IMG/VR virus record: IMGVR_UViG_3300042695_000876 | Location: 1-54,248 of that record | Length of the DNA: 54,248 nucleotides | From: a virus | Lineage: Duplodnaviria > Caudoviricetes | Reading direction: 5' to 3' (one strand) | Part shown: positions 53,635 to 54,248 of the stretch, piece after piece | Layout of the letters: each line of letters opens with the position of its first letter | Numbering within the stretch: position 1 is the first letter of the stretch | Made by a program: the position numbers and the translations under genes | The notes under the pieces: generated by a model | Database searches by the model: none | Seen by the model: the letters and a program-made list of their open reading frames with translations, nothing else | Told to the model about the DNA's origin: nothing

Positions 53635-53703
53635 TTTTTTTTTGAAAAAAATGCAAATTAGTGGTTGACATTTCTTCTGAAATGATTATATTACTAATAT
53701 AAG
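53629..53703 (+). promoter_or_regulatory. Inverted repeat plus early promoter cassette
   Basis: CACTAATTT...AAATTAGTG inverted repeat, then GTTGACATTTCTTCTGAAATGATTATATTACTAATATAAG. Confidence 0.8.
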
Positions 53704-53736
53704 CTGACAAAACAACCCCACAAAGGAAACTACATC

Positions 53737-54248
53737 ATGGCACACGAACTTGAATTTGTTAACGGCGTCGCTCAAATGGCTTACCGCGAATCGAAAGGTA
53801 AGCCGTGGCACGGTCTTGGTACTGCTATCGGCGACAACCTGACTCCTCAGGAAATCATGGTTGCTGCTGGTCTCAACTGGGAAGTTGAGAAAGTCAACAC
53901 CTTCATCAACTACAACGGTAAGCAAGTCGAAACTGGTCAGCAAGCGCTGGTTCGTTCGACTGACGGTAAAATTCTGACTCAAGTTGGTCAGGGTTGGAAC
54001 CCAGTCCAAAATGCCGAAGCCTTCAACTTCTTTACTGATTTCGTTAAAGCTGGTGACATGATCATGGACACCGCTGGTTCTCTTAAAGAAGGTCAGATCG
54101 TCTGGGCTCTTGCAGACGTTCGTGACGGCTTCTCGCTCTTCAACGGTGACGAGGTTCGCGGTTACTTGCTCTTCTCCAACCCGCACCAGTACGGTAAAGC
54201 TATCGACGTCAAGTTCGTTATGGAACGAGTCGTTTGCAACAACACTCT
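53737..54248 (+). CDS. DUF932/DUF945 (TIGR03299-like) protein, truncated by the window end
   Basis: MAHE...MAY.....PWHGLG...AGLNWEV, PVQNAEAF.FF, TAGSL..G..VWALA, YLLFSNPH..G, RVVCNNT. Confidence 0.85.
   Translation, partial: MAHELEFVNGVAQMAYRESKGKPWHGLGTAIGDNLTPQEIMVAAGLNWEVEKVNTFINYNGKQVETGQQALVRSTDGKILTQVGQGWNPVQNAEAFNFFTDFVKAGDMIMDTAGSLKEGQIVWALADVRDGFSLFNGDEVRGYLLFSNPHQYGKAIDVKFVMERVVCNNT

Noticed and set aside
27112-53703. 40-bp repeats as a CRISPR array or attachment sites
   Set aside because: They are dispersed kilobases apart and contain -35, -10 and RBS elements, so they are promoter cassettes.
47989-54186. Other long minus-strand ORFs (47989-48621, 53686-54186, and similar ones across the window)
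   Set aside because: All overlap well-supported plus-strand genes; every promoter and RBS found points to the plus strand.
1-54248. tRNA/rRNA genes and stop-codon reassignment
   Set aside because: No intergenic gap shows a cloverleaf or T-loop motif by eye (tRNAscan-SE would be decisive); conserved genes are full length in the standard code and TAA, TGA and TAG all occur as stops.

Overview
This is a 54-kb, essentially all plus-strand segment of a large AT-rich T4-superfamily myovirus genome. It carries gp61 primase, RNase H, RNA ligase 1, a split PseT-like kinase and phosphatase, a gp5.4 PAAR protein, a gp67-like core protein, PhoH, ThyX and TATAAATA late promoters. ALA synthase, DUF1127, YbaN and a SleB-like hydrolase suggest an alphaproteobacterial host (inference). 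The left part (1-22 kb) is mostly late-promoter territory: glycan-modifying enzymes, a block of genes with T4-type capsid-targeting N-termini and repeated prohead-protease-like sites, a lysis cassette, and primase/thyX/nrdB-nrdA-hemA-ybaN. The right part (22-54 kb) is a mosaic of small early genes punctuated by about 20 related sigma70-type promoter cassettes. The best candidates for new biology are: (1) putative head-packaged polyproteins that include a nucleotidyltransferase and a P-loop kinase; (2) a late-expressed glycosylation, methylation and sulfation toolkit; (3) a class Id-type RNR with an ATP-cone on NrdB, tightly coupled to ALA synthase and YbaN; (4) promoter cassettes with a spacer palindrome, plus several RNA hairpin switches. 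No tRNA, rRNA, CRISPR array, intron or intein was recognised. All family assignments come from motif recognition by eye; no database searches were run.
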